Source: Phoronis australis (taxonomy: Eukaryota > Animalia > Phoronida). Taken from it: 64,000 nt of DNA. The stretch lies in NCBI GenBank assembly GCA_002633005.1, contig NMRA01000537.1, positions 1-64,000 on the forward strand. The letters run 5' to 3'. Every line of letters starts with the position of its first letter. The first letter of the stretch is position 1. The notes beneath the pieces are model-generated. The model made no database searches. It was given only the letters and a program-made list of their open reading frames with translations, and had not been told where the DNA came from. A program made the translations under genes and the position numbers. Positions 1 through 12,480 of this stretch are shown here, piece by piece.

Positions 1-798
1 CCCCCCCCACCCAACTCATAATCCTGTATGCTCCCCTGATGTCCGTCTTCCTCCACCGGGCGGTCGAAATTAAACAGTCGCAGAACCTTACGTTGAAAAT
101 GTCATTGAATCACGGAGTCTCGAACATGAACATCCCAAACACAAAAAAACTGAATTAGTTTTTCAAACTTTAGTTAAATACAAAAAATTTTAAACTGCTC
201 TCTAACTCGGAACTTGACAGCTAACACGGGACTTTGCTGTGACCTCTGCAACACGTGAAGCTTGCACGTGCACACTTTGCACTCTCACCCTGTGAGAATA
301 GTTGAAAGTGGAGCGCTGCATGGTCACTGGTCGTCTGCGCACTACAGATACAGCTCTAACAAGAACGCAGGATGGCACGGGCTTTTACGCAGCAGTTTTG
401 TAAACTTAAGTGTATATGACTAATCTGAGGGCAACAGAACCTTATTGGGATCATTCGCTGTTACGTAGTTGTATCACCACAGTGGCGGATCTAGAATATC
501 ACAAGGGGGGCAACATTTTGTCTGAAAGCATTTGTGCAAAGCACTATTCAGTGGCGGATCTAGGATATCACAAGGGGGGCCCAACATTTCGTCCGGCTGT
601 AAGCATTTGCGCAAACTGAACCACGATTGTAGATGCACATAGCACCGAATGGGGGGAGGTCGGGAGGGGGGTTTGCCCAGGAAATTTTTCTGTTTTTACC
701 TCTCAAAATCAAGCATTTTCCTTGATTCCTGAAGTATTATCCAAGGAAAAAAGAAAAAAAAAACACGGAGAACGTGTCAAACAGGAAAAACTGCAAAT

Positions 799-866
799 AC
801 CAAAGACTCGAACTCACGACCCGGCGGACAGAACGTGCGTGCGTTACCACTACAACACCACGACTT
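799..866 (-). repeat. tRNA-derived SINE-like head
   Basis: Minus strand reads TGGTGTTGTAGTGGT (A-box-like) ... GAGTTCGAGTC (B-box); no complete cloverleaf is evident. Confidence 0.4.
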
Positions 867-1320
867 AACTACTAATCTCATACTGAAAGACCTACTTGTT
901 TATGGTCCACAGCGTTTGCGCGCGAAACCTACTTCCTTTTGTAATGCTTATTACACGTTTTATATTTTGTACCATCAATTCTTAACAAATTTGTCGTATT
1001 TAAAATAGTCTTCAAATGTCCAAACGACCAAATCCGTTTTTCGTGTTGGCAATAATGACGGCATTGTTTTGGAAATCGTCTTAAGATAAGGTTTGACAAA
1101 GAGAGTATTGCGAGTTCCTGAATGATTCACTAAGGCTTCGATTAAATTTCACATCTTACCAGCAGCTTCTGTTTTTTCATCGTCACTCAGGTTCCATTTT
1201 CTTTAAAAAATGAAGTAAATTTTCTTCATTGCACAGTGGAGCAGACGACGGAAACGGAGTCGTAGTGCCCAGCGCCTCTGCCGGTCGCCTGGGATATCGC
1301 GGGAGAGCCTATATACTTAA

Positions 1321-2603
1321 AGGCGAAGGCAACCTTTTTTCATGTCACGTATAGCAAAAATAAGGTCAGTTGATTATCCCAGACATATTTTTCACTTAAC
1401 TACAACTTTTCGTAATTTAATTAATTTCTCGTCGTCTACTCCGGAAGTGACGTTTTAGGAGGCAAGAATTTCGAGCCAATTTCTTTTCATACAGTCAGAC
1501 TGTGAGAGCTGTCAAGTCAGTCATTGTTCTACCTCGGATGTGATAAGTTCGGTCGTCGTTTGCTTTTGTTTACGAGTCAGTCAACATGCCGCACTGTTGC
1601 TGTGTACCAGGGTGTACTCATTATCGTCTCACGCGCGCTTGGTACCTTGCATTGCTTTCTGAAGGATGACACACTTCCCCGTACTTGGATAGCTCGTTCG
1701 TGTGAAGAACGCAGTGCTACCCGTTCACGCAGCGTACAAAGCAGTGGCATGCATTTTTATCCGTCAGATTACGACAGAGATACATACGCTGAATTAATGA
1801 AGGTCCCTGCGAAACAACGCCTGAAGAAGGGTTCCATACCGTCGCTGTTGATTCCCGGTAGTGCCCCGTCGCTACTCCCGAGAAGTGCGTTTTTGAAGCG
1901 AGAAGCCTTGCGAGCTGTGGCCACTATCAACAGTGACTGGAGGCACTTCATCTACTGTCACCCATGCCTCCGAACGTAGCCCATAGCGTGCAATTCCAGG
2001 AAATAGCAGTGATTCCCCGTGTGCTGTTGTCTCTAGCCCAGAGCCTGTAAGCAGCCCTGCGGCGATGCTGAGTAGTGGGAGTGAATACAGGCCCAGTTTG
2101 GCACCCAGTGAAAAGGACAGTTCGTCATCCAATGAACAGATCGGTGAGCCTAAGTTTGATAAGTTTATTGTGGACTTGTATTGGAGCTATTTAGAAGGTG
2201 CCACGTGTGTGCCGATTAGGTGCTCAAGTCACCATTCGCTTGGAGTGTGTCGCGGGACACTCGGGCAAGTGGGACAGTTCTTCCTCTATACATGAGACGA
2301 TAATGAGTACTTCTCAGTAGGCAGCAACAGCGTGGCATGTTGAGTGACTCGTAAACAAAAGCAAACGACGACCGAACTTATCACAACCGAGGTAGAGCAA
2401 TGACTGACTCGATTGCTTTCACAGTCAGACTGTATGATAAGAAATTGGCGCGAAATTCTTGCCTCCCAAAACGTCACTTCCGGAGTAGACTACTAGTAAT
2501 TAATTAAATTACGAAAAGCTGTAAATAAGTGAAAAATATGTCTGGGATAATCAAAGAGCCATATTTTTGCTGAAAATGACATGAAAGAAGGTTGCCTTCG
2601 CCT
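1321..2603 (+). mobile_element. Non-autonomous Kolobok-type DNA transposon with ~310-bp TIRs and a THAP remnant
   Basis: TTAA on both sides (1317-1320, 2604-2607); termini AGGCGAAGGCAACC...GGTTGCCTTCGCCT; 1321-1630 is an inverted repeat of 2294-2603. Confidence 0.85.
1586..1979 (+). pseudogene. Frameshifted THAP zinc-finger domain inside the Kolobok-type element
   Basis: MPHCCCVPGC from the ATG at 1586, then in another frame HCFLKD..RTWI...MHFYPSDY...RLKKGSIPSL, which fits the THAP pattern. Confidence 0.75.
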
Positions 2604-2832
2604 TTAACCATAGTTCCGTTACGAATGCGCTGTGTTCCAAGTTTGACACTTGAAACTGGNCCCCCCCCCCCCCCCCCCCAACACTAAAACTGCACACATT
2701 TAAATCTTTTTTCATCCGTATAATTTTAATTACCGGGGTTAATTAATAAACTCACCATTTCCCTACGCTCTTACTGTTTTATTTTTTTTGCGGCAGCCAA
2801 GGGGGGGGGCCGGGCCCCTAAATCCGCCTATG

Positions 2833-3562
2833 TAACCAGCCTAAAAACTCGAACTTTGACCTTTAAAACAGGAACCCCGGGGATCCGACAGGACACTCGG
2901 GGACCGAAACACCACTCTAGCACTTTCTGTCAAACATTGTTTGATGAAAAATATGCAACCACCTGCCTACTTTAAACAGTTGTGTATCTAAATAGTTGTG
3001 TATCTTAGAATTTAACACAACTTAAACGGATTTGTGTTCTATGTTATTCTGCTGCTGTGGTGCGATCTTTTGCGTCGGCTTTTGGCACCATGGAATTTTG
3101 CTTCACCTATTGGCCATTTTCCACAATTCTTCAGTCAACTGTTTTTCTTCCAATAGGCTGCGTACATGTCACAGCAAATTAATCAAAAAGGCACTCATAA
3201 GTCGAAATAATATTTTTGCTTTTTATTTTTAAAATATTTTGGAGAAACTATACTTTAATATAAAATTAATTAATTATTCACCAAGATAATAGCGTGTTGA
3301 GAGTATAGATTATGTTGAAATCTCCCCACAGACAAGTTGCACGAAATTTACCGATAAAGTCAATTTGTGCAAGTTCCGTTTTATTACCGACAATTTTTAA
3401 CAAGTGAGGAAAACAAATGGAAAGTACTTGAAGACGCTTTAACACAAAGTTTGAGGCTACTGAACACGGTCTGAGAAAATTTGAAAAATTGTCCGGGGTT
3501 TCCTGTCCGATCCCAGGGGTTCCTGTTTTAAAGGTCAACGTTCGTGTTTTTCGAGCTAGTTA
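2833..3562. mobile_element. MITE with ~65-bp imperfect TIRs
   Basis: gaactttgacctttaaaacaggaaccccggggatccgacagga (2850-2892) is the inverse of tcctgtccgatcccaggggttcctgttttaaaggtcaacgttc (3501-3543). Confidence 0.75.
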
Positions 3563-3599
3563 GGTGTTTTGACCATGCGGGAGTCTGTTTCCGACTCCG

Positions 3600-4141
3600 G
3601 GATATCTGTTCAGTGTTCACGACGGGCTTCACCGTCTTTTGTCGTTCAGATCGAGAACCGTCAGGAAGGGGTCGAAATGTGACATCCCCCATCCATAGAT
3701 ATTTATCCTGCTTATCCCACTTCCTTGAATCGGCATTGCAGCTCCCTGCACAGAAGTAATACTCCCTCGCGTGACTTAAATATGATAGAAAATATAAATT
3801 ATTCAGACGACACATGTTAACACGTGAATCTCCAAAGCGAGGCTGTTGACCTGCTTGACGTATCTGCCATACCTCACGGCCTGGGAGAGCGATCAATGCG
3901 GAAGGCGGGAATAGGACCGTCCCGGATTACACGGCGTTAGAACTCTAGAACTCTCTTTTGTTTTCGAAGATACGAAATCGCGTGACCTCATTTTGGAAAT
4001 TAGGCACATTTTCGTGTCCCTCACTAGTGTCGGGAAGGCAAAGAATTTCACATCACGCATCGACGGGTATTTGTTCAGTATCAAACTTTTCCATGTCGGA
4101 TTTGCAGCCCACCGCACTTGACAGCAGTAATACTTTACCAT
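3600..4141 (-). pseudogene. Decayed tandem THAP-like domains (transposase N-terminus)
   Basis: MVKYYCC...DVKFFAFP..RDTKMCL and YYFCAGSCNADSRK...DVTFRPLP are two similar THAP-type starts. Confidence 0.55.
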
Positions 4142-5339
4142 TGGAAGGACGAATAGAGTAATGCAACCGAGGAAATTTGTGAAGAATCAGACCAACAATT
4201 AAAATCTGTGAATCCAACTTCACAAAAACGAGGCAGCAAATGTGCCTGGCGGATGTTTACGGCATTGTGGGAAAATACATCCATCTTTTATTACATGATA
4301 CAACAGTTGTTTTACCCAATTTCACTGATCTCAGTTTGGAAATCGACTAATTCTTAATATATGAACTCACCAATTGAATGTCTTTCTGAAATGAGGTATT
4401 GTTTTCAGTCCAAAAGGGAAATTCGTACACCAGATTAGCTGGTCAAAAACACATTTCCGATGTGATATAATTATAACAAGATCTGTAGTGTGCTTCTGGT
4501 CAATTTTCTGTCTAAAATCATCTGAGGAAGACAGTCGCAACATTCACTGGTGCACGCTGATGATCAAGAATCGTGATGTTACACGTCCTTTGTTGTACAA
4601 TACCCAGCCTTGAAAATGGAAGCGCTCGAATGTCTGTTGTTGTGGACCTTTTTCTGACAAAAAGTTAGGACTAAAAAAATAAAAAAACGGGTGCCACCCT
4701 TCAGAACTGTTAACTGTGTGTCTGCGTCTTTTTAGTAGACTTTTGTCTCGTTTTCTCGGACTTTTTTGTTTCTCCGAGGCGGACCTTTTTGCCCACTTCG
4801 TCAAATGGGGGGCTCGTTCGAGCCCCCCGACCCCTCCCCCCGTGGGTGCGCATGGAATAAGAAATGTAACGGGTTCAAGCATGTGGAACCCAAATAGCCA
4901 GCTACCTATTGCATAGTTGACTGCGGGAGCTGTAAACTAGGAATTACTCTTCACAGCAATGCTCGTTCAGTCCACTAAAATTCAATAAACGACCTTTCGG
5001 GCATTGGAATGTCATCTTTCATAAATTTTGATAAGTGAATTATAGCATTTTACTCCGTGATCAAGATGAAGCACAGTGCTACTAATAGCAAGACAAGTCT
5101 TACACTGTCGGTCCAGCGCTTCTGGCTATATACAAGCATTTTTGCCATAGGACTGGACCTATAGCGACACAGGAACTGAGATTCATCTTCATGTGAGCGG
5201 TTATAAAATTTTCAATCCCTGAAACACGAGCATAAGAAACTTTTATATGATTAGCACCGTTCCATGTATGTCTACATACCTATCTATGATCATAAATAAG
5301 ACTTTTAAATACAGTGCGGATATACATTGATATGAAATG

Positions 5340-5445
5340 ATAATGTATGTATGAATGTATGTATGCACGTACGTCGTATGTATGAATGAACATACTGTAT
5401 GTGTATATGTATGGTATATGCGTGTATGTATGCATGTGTGTATGT
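5340..5445. repeat. Degenerate (TATG)n microsatellite
   Basis: Visible directly in the sequence. Confidence 0.8.
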
Positions 5446-5831
5446 AACATGTTTATGCTGCCTCAAATACAGATTTTTACAAGTGTTTACGGATCGCCAA
5501 ATTGTAAGCAATGGCAAGCATCTGTAAAAACTCGTCACAAAACGCAACAGCTCGCACACACTCGCACTGAGCCGCAAAAAAGGATGAGAAAAGCTTCTGA
5601 CATGTCAAGAGTCCTCTAGCGATCGTTCAAGGATGGGATCGTCCGTAAATAACACGTTATGGATTGCAAACCGCTCTCAACAACACGTAACCATTAGAAA
5701 ACTGTTCGTAACAATTCGCAAATAACTCGCAGCAATTGTATTTTATGATATCTATATGTACTTGCACACTCGCGCCATTTTTAAAGACCTGAATCGAAAG
5801 CGAGGCCCGACGTCCCAGCTCGGCTGCGAGC

Positions 5832-6830
5832 GTGGTGTTTTGCTGTATGTCACTGTGCGACAACTCGACCAAAAGGAAAGAAAGGAAAAGCTCTGTTTCT
5901 TTTTATACGCTTCCCAGCGATGCTGAACTGAGAAAGGAATGGATTTGTGCTATTAGAAGAGATCCTGGACGCAAATTTTATGTAAGAACTTGTAATTTAA
6001 GTATCGCACTCTCTGCATTACAACTAGCAGTCCAGAAAAAATATATATTTCATCTCTTTGTCTTAGTGTTTCCTTATATGGCCATTTCCGATCCCAAATT
6101 GCATTTTATTTCTACATTTTTACGACTACATTTGCCAATCACAACGACGTGTTGCTCGCACGTCTTACAGTTACATGTACAGTTCTCATTTGCACCATAT
6201 GTGTGTGCCTGTGTGGTCGCTCGCCAAGTCACCACCGGTGAAGGCTACCAGGATTCGTCGCTGAAATGTCAGTCAGTCGTCCAATCTGGCGAACTCTTCC
6301 CTAGTTAAAATGCCATGTGGCCGTCGCAATCAGGTGACAACTGTACATTTTTAAATGTCAATTAATTGCATGTCAGTGACTCGGTGAGCTGTATAGTGCA
6401 GGGGGTTAGGCTTAAATGTTAAATCAAAACTCATAACGGCCAGAAAGAAATGTCTTATGCGCGCCTAGCAACCAGGCTACTCAACTTTAGTGTGCTGCAT
6501 TGTTTAGTAAATGTGCTAAAACGTTAACAATCAGAATATATCGTAATCACTGTCGTCGAAAATGGGAAGGGTTCCGCATGGGGACATAGTCGTCAAACTA
6601 TTATGCAGCAAATATTATCATTGGATTTCACTGTCATCTGTCGGTGTATAATATTATATTTTATTTAACTTTGTGTTCTGTTTATTTTTCAGTTGAATAA
6701 AAGAACTTCTTTGTGTTCCGCCCATTTCGTGAAAGAAGACTAAGTGTTTAAGGGCTACGCAAGTGTCAGACGTTCATGTGCTAAACCATCCCCTGTGCCA
6801 AGTTTGTTCCCTGGAAGGTGCACAAAACTC
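5832..6830 (+). pseudogene. Two-exon THAP domain (transposase 5' part)
   Basis: Exon 1: FCCMSLCDNS...FYTLPSDAELRKEWICAIRRDPG, donor gtaaga at ~5982. Acceptor ttttcag at ~6692; exon 2: LCSAHFVKED*...PVPSLFP. Start codon is GTG and there is an internal stop. Confidence 0.75.
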
Positions 6831-7099
6831 GTAAACCTCCATGAAATACACGTAAGCGGAGGCTATATCCCCCCACCCCCTATGGTACGTCGCCCATGGA
6901 CCCAGGCCCCAGGTGTTGTACCTCTATGTTTGAGAGTGAGTTGTGAGCACGCAATCAGAGTAGTGAACTGTCAGACTTCTGGTTTTGGAATTGGGGAAAT
7001 TCGAAATCGTGAATTTTTGCAGGTAGCGAACTTTCGGAGTCGTATTAAGCCTTCGGAGCAGTGAACCTTCAGCATACATGTAAATGTAGTAACATGTAA

Positions 7100-7950
7100 T
7101 CTTGGAAATCTTTCCATCAAGTTTGTTGCTCGCATGAAGTCTGCGGAGCTATGCACCATGGACACTGATTGACAAGACAAGAGTGACTTTCTTCATCTAT
7201 CAAATTTGAAGTCTAGGCCTTCTTTTCCCTAATGAAGTGAAAATGCTTGACGGAGTTTTGTCAGTGCAAAAAACACACTATGGTAGTTGAATGTCTGTTT
7301 TTTAGCACTGCGGAAGGCTGCCTATAGTAAACTTACAGTCAGCGTGTACTGAATTTGAAAGAACGGGAACGCACACACGTGTACACGCATCCATGCCAAT
7401 CCACCAATCCACAATCAGAGTGGACACTGGATGACAACATATTTGCATATTTGACGATCACTTTCAATTCAAAATTTGAAAATGCCTGCACTTCACCGTA
7501 CTCAGCTAACAATTGAACCAAAATAGCAGACTAACAAATCTCAAATTACGGCTGTTTTATTCCTTGGCCGATTTTAAGGCATTCACATCGCACTACATTT
7601 TGGAAGCTCTCTCGTTGCTATGTAACTTACTTAGGTCATAGGGCTGGACGTCTATGCCTACAGTATGCGAGCACCCAGGTACGGGCTCGGGGTTGGCAAC
7701 ACGTAGCCCCTCGGTTGGCAAAGGCTAACGCGAGACTGAGCGAAGCGCGTGAGGCTGACGCGTGACACTTGCAAAATAACATGGGAAGATATCAGGTGAA
7801 ATTTGTAAGATTTGTGTCCCTTGGACTTTTTATTTGCCAACATGCGTGAGTTCACGTAACTTCCTCCAAATGGCACCCGGTACGAGAAATTCGAGCAAAC
7901 TGCGACAGATTTTCATCGATTTGTTGACAAATTATCTTGACTGAATCGTC
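7100..7950 (-). pseudogene. Highly decayed SWIM-type transposon accessory gene fragment
   Basis: Fragments DENLSQFARIS, KSKGHKSYKF..SHV, GSIVS...AG, ICKYVV and SC...QCPW occur in the expected order, across frameshifts. Confidence 0.3.
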
Positions 7951-8082
7951 TCCAGACTTATGACATGTGTTAATTATAACTCCATGTGCATATATGCATG
8001 TTTCATTTGACTTAATTTCCTGTATTTTGAAAATCGTAACTTTTTGTGCAGATGTGCTATCGCCCCTTTATGCCTGCGACAT

Positions 8083-8325
8083 TCAGGGCGATGTAATTGC
8101 CTAGGCTCGGGGGAGCCCCCATTTGGCGAAGTGGGCAAAAAAGTCCGCCACAGAGAAACAAAAAGTCCGAGTAAACGACACAAAAGTTCACAGGGATTCG
8201 GCGCGAACGCACAATTTATAGGTCTGAACGTGCATGTAGTGCCCCGTTTATTTTTTTCGGTAAAAAGTCTACATACTGAAAAATTTGAGCCCCTCCCCCT
8301 ATATTTTAGGCTGGGTGCGCGCATG
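8083..8325. mobile_element. GC-rich-ended MITE; related copy in opposite orientation at ~4690-4853
   Basis: cgaagtgggcaaaaaagtccgcc...gaaacaaaaagtccgag is shared, inverted, with 4745-4815. Confidence 0.6.
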
Positions 8326-8687
8326 TACAGTAGGTATAGTCATTCACTTTTGGATTCACTTGTTACCCTTTGGTGTTGCCACCACGCGCGTTCAATGCTG
8401 ACCAAGCCTCTTTTTATCGTCTGCATGATCCCCTGTCACCTACACAAGCACCATTCGGGCGAAGTTGGCCGGTACGGCCCGATGCCAATCAGAAGCAATT
8501 TCAAATTATTAATTACATAGTTATCATTGTAGTTAGTAGTACCAGTAGCTGCTACATTTTTTGTTGTTGTTGTTCATCTAGTATATCCTTATATAAAATA
8601 TCTCTAACGCACATGCTGAGACTGAACCTTTTCCGCGGAGGTTCGATCGAACCTCCCAAACACCCCTCCCCCCCGGGCTACGGGCCT

Positions 8688-9099
8688 GATGAAGGTGTTG
8701 CTGTGGAGAGGTATGCCAAGAATTCGCGGTGGATGTCCACCCAGTACGATTCATCATAAATCCCACTGCACCCCAGCCCTAAAAGGTGCGTCTTTGATCC
8801 TGACAAAACACCATCTTGGGGTCTGCTGGAAGTAAAGTGCAGCACGAAAAATAGTTTGGCTGAATTGGCTTATCTGCTCCAAAATGATGATGGGTACAAT
8901 TGAAAAGAAACCCACATGGACTATGATCAAGTTATGGGCCAGCTGGGCACATCAGGAGAAGCATGGTGTGACTCTTATCTTATGTCTGGATGAGTTCCAC
9001 TGTGAACGCATCTATTTTGCCAATGATTTCTTCAATGGAATGAAACTTAAATCAGACAGCTTTTTACAACCACTTCCTGAAGGAGCTGTTGGTGGCTAA
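8688..9099 (+). pseudogene. YqaJ/lambda-exonuclease-like domain (ISL2EU accessory protein, 3' part)
   Basis: EGVAVERY, FIINP, FDP..PSWGLLEVKC, YDQVMGQLGTSG..WCD, FHCERIYF across frameshifts. Confidence 0.8.
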
Positions 9100-9619
9100 A
9101 GCTTGTTAGACTTGAAGTAACCTAAATACACTGGATTGTATTAAAACAATAAAATAGCCATTTTGGTCTTATAAACATGTACTGTTTAATACACTTTCCA
9201 TGTAGATTCTATTTAAATGTCTTTGCACAACTGTTATTTGATAGCCTAAAGTCTGTTCACACATATACCGAAAAGCTTCTAATAAACACCGGGGCGTTTC
9301 TTTTTCAGGCGTGCTCCAGACCTGGCATCTATTAGAGGGAGTAGTTTATCAGAGATCCTCCGATTATTTATTTCAGCGTGCCTAGACCCCCGGGTATTTA
9401 TTAGAGGGAGGCGTCTATCCGAACCGATATTCATTTGAAGCTTTACTTTAGCTTTACATATGCTACATGTAGTCAACATCAGTAATGACAAAATCATCCA
9501 AAATATACTGTATTTACATATGTATATAAAAATAACCGATAAATTCTGTTCAGAGACCAAGACGGAGTCAACTCTCACACACTCGTCTGTACTACTGTAG
9601 CAAGCTGAAGGACCGGCTA

Positions 9620-10817
9620 CTCAGTTTATTGCTTCAGCAATTCTTGAAAATCTGTTAGCAAACAACAAACGACACCACATCTGATTCACTGAACCAGTCA
9701 AGGACAGTGGTACTACCGAACTGAAAATATTAAACATTTCACTCGGTTAATTGCCCGTTCAACATCGGTGCACACGGAGTCTGGCAATCTGATTTCCTGG
9801 GTTTCAGTAGCTTCGTGTTTCTCAAACTGAGGTCGACTTGCAATAACAAAGAGGGGAATGACCCCCTCTCAGCCAGTGAGTCATCAATGGCTAACCCTTT
9901 GTCGACCATTACCTCATCCCCTGCCTCAATAAGGTCCAGAATGCCAGAGACCTGACAAATGGCCTTATCTCGGACGGACTAGCCAGTGAACAGCTTTGAC
10001 ACAAATTTTCCCGGCGCCAGACGGGGCCACAGCAACTAAACCTTTTAGTGTAGTTCTGCCTTTGTAGTGCGAATAAAATTCAGAATTTAGCACAATACTT
10101 GACGGTTTTTGGACCCACATTTCTGTACAGTCCAAGATCACTCGCGGTTTGGATATTTATCCAAGAACGCAGCAGGCATGTATTTCTTAACCTTTTTCCT
10201 ACTTGGCCAAATATAAACCGAGCCTAAAACACCGTAAAGGTAATTCACCCAAGTAAGAACAATTCTGCATAATAGTAGATTCGTGAACGTTGAATATGTC
10301 TGCTAGTTCTCGCTCTTTAGTACCAACACTCAGGCGAAGTTCAGTGTAATGTTAATAAAATCTGCATTGTCAACCAGTGTAATCTTTGAAAACGAAAATG
10401 AAAAACGAGTGGTTTTACACTCTCCGTCTCTGGGAGTACGTAATCATGCTCTCAGCTGTAGGTACAATGCACTGGAAGAAGAACACGAGGATGACACATG
10501 TACGAAATCCTGCGTAGTGTAGCACTAAAGAATTGTCATCTTTGGCGATAGTTGAGTATACATGTAAATGTACATTTTCCCGCAGCTTGCTATTGCCTAT
10601 TTGCAGACTATGTCTGAGACTATGTCTCTGTTATCGCAGCTGCCAGTCTCTTGTCAGCCGTGTCACCGGGGGTACGCAATAGTTGTGGTCGCAACCACCG
10701 GGGGGCACAGAATTTCACTAGACTCCGCAACAGGACATAGGCTCTGCAGCCGGTCTATCTAACACAGCTTCTTCCACGTCTACCACATCCGACTCACCTT
10801 GTCGCAAAGTTGAGATT
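9620..10817 (-). pseudogene. DDE_Tnp_4-like transposase body with HCF-binding DHNY motif
   Basis: Acceptor ttttgtttgtactttag (~10818), then DHNYC, LRLSV...ELADIFNV, VILDCTE...YSHYKGRTTLKGLVAVAP, GILDLIEAGDEVMVDKG, DVERAI...FNIF; frameshifts and stops present. Confidence 0.85.
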
Positions 10818-11789
10818 CTAAAGTACAAACAAAAGAATTAAATAATGACACCGATAGAAAAATGATTCCTATAGGGATATTAGTGTTGAATAACGCTTCA
10901 GTTCAGTTACGCATTGACTGTGTCGTTATTAATCAGCATTTGATGAGTACCCCACATAAAGCATTAGTGACAGTCAGTAACTGACAATAGGCGAAAATGG
11001 GTTCAGACAAATACACTAAGATTGTAATAGAGAACACAATTAGTAGCTCAGAGGATGTGCTACTGTCCAGCCTATCATTACAAAGACACTGGTCATATAA
11101 ATTAGAAGATAGTTCATCCCGGAGCTATGGCTGGCAACACTTTTTTTAAGTCGTAATGGTAAGAATATGAAAAATTGACACTAATGCACTGATTAAGAAC
11201 AACCGTTACAGCCCCCCAACCCCACTAATAGAATCCTTTATACGATGATATAATTGCCAATGTGCTATGAGTTCAAAAATCAACAATAAATGTTTATAAG
11301 TTAAAATAAACAAATATCCAACTCAAATAAGCGCAAATTGCTTGTTCATCGATCGTCCACTCACAGCTGACCTGAGTCGAGACCAGACACACACACACCC
11401 ACACGGGCGCACACACACACAGGGTGAATGTTACGGTCAGTTTATAAAAAAAATGTAAACTACTAAATTCACTAAAAAGTTTCAATTCCAGTTGTATAAA
11501 TGTTATACGCCGTGGGCCCAGTTACATAAATGTAATACGCCGTATAGCAGCAATGACCTCGCATTATAACGCGTCAAGTTGTTATTGTTTAACAATGCAC
11601 CTGACGTCATACAACAATTTATCCAGCGGATAACTTGAAGCTTTATGCAACTCAGCAATATTCGTGTTGACATAAAATTCTGTTATTTCACTTCGTAAAA
11701 GTCTTCAGATTTCGATAAACCCACGCCAAGTGTCAAGTAATCATTAACACTAGTCACCAGTGCCTAGGCAATCCAACAACAACATGCAA

Positions 11790-11970
11790 CTTGCCTTCAA
11801 CATCCTTCACATAATCGCCCCAGAAAAACTTGTAGCCTTTCTGCGGGGAATGTTTTGATTTCTTGGTCTTGAGCTTTGCAATCTTTTCCACGTCAGAGTG
11901 GGTTGAACGTGTTAGTATTGCCAGGTTTTTACAGCACAAAGTGCTCGCAGGCCTACCGCATTCGGCCATG
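11790..11970 (-). pseudogene. 5' exon of the transposon nuclease/SWIM accessory gene
   Basis: MAEC...STHSDVEKIAK...QKGYKFFWGDYVKDVE followed by donor-like GCAAGT; resembles the KGYKFFxxxYV N-terminus of such proteins. Confidence 0.5.
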
Positions 11971-12099
11971 ACGACACAAGTGGGACGTCCAGCCTCGGTT
12001 TGGCGAGCTTGCGACGCTAGCGACACGCTTCCGTGCAAACAGTTAATAGGATAAACACACAGTGTATATATAAAAAGTTCGTTGAAAATACAACTAAAC

Positions 12100-12480
12100 T
12101 TTTTGTTTGATATCTTGATACAGAGTCGTTTGTAGTGTTGATGTGCAGCGTGATATTCCATATATCTTTTCAGCAGCTATGGCTAAATTACGTTGCTCCA
12201 ACCACAACTTGATGATAGAGAAAGGTAGACATGCTCTCGTGGACCAAAAATACCGTGTGTGTTGTTTCTCTGTGTCCCTAATCGAAGATGAATACCATTT
12301 TATATGTGTTTGTAAAATGTAACTGCTCTCTGAGAACTGCATTTATACCTGAGTGGTGCTCGCGTGAACCAAATAAACATAAATTTGTAAAACTAATGAA
12401 AATGTCGGGGCCCATTGCTCAGATTAATCTAATGAAATAGGTATTTCACGCCACTGCTCTGAGGGAAAAGCTGCTCAGCG
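12100..12480 (+). mobile_element. LINE ORF2 C-terminal fragment (CR1/L2 group)
   Basis: AKLRCSNHNLMIEKGRH...RVC...IEDEYHFICVC, a CCHC-type tail motif. Confidence 0.75.

Larger units (their letters stand above)
480..2832. mobile_element. GC-rich-ended non-autonomous DNA element hosting nested insertions
   Basis: Left end CAGTGGCGGATCTAG (duplicated at 480 and 549); right end ccccTAAATCCGCCTATG (2832). A short relative with the same ends lies at 25727-25923. Confidence 0.55.
5750..12050. mobile_element. Decayed ISL2EU/IS4EU-type (Harbinger-related) DNA transposon region, internally rearranged
   Basis: Contains THAP exons, an HTH/DDE_Tnp_4-like transposase body and a YqaJ-like nuclease; similar motif cgaggc..gacgtccca faces inward at ~5801 and ~11995. 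Exact termini are unclear. Confidence 0.7.

Noticed and set aside
799-866. Functional tRNA gene
   Set aside because: A- and B-box-like motifs only; acceptor and anticodon stems do not pair.
4690-8325. Inverted MITE pair as the cause of the ISL2EU inversion
   Set aside because: Inverting between them does not restore the THAP-DDE or nuclease gene order.
11090-11165. TATA-like site plus ATG|gtaaga as a first exon for paralog 1
   Set aside because: Lies inside the ISL2EU relic and has no counterpart in other units; likely chance.
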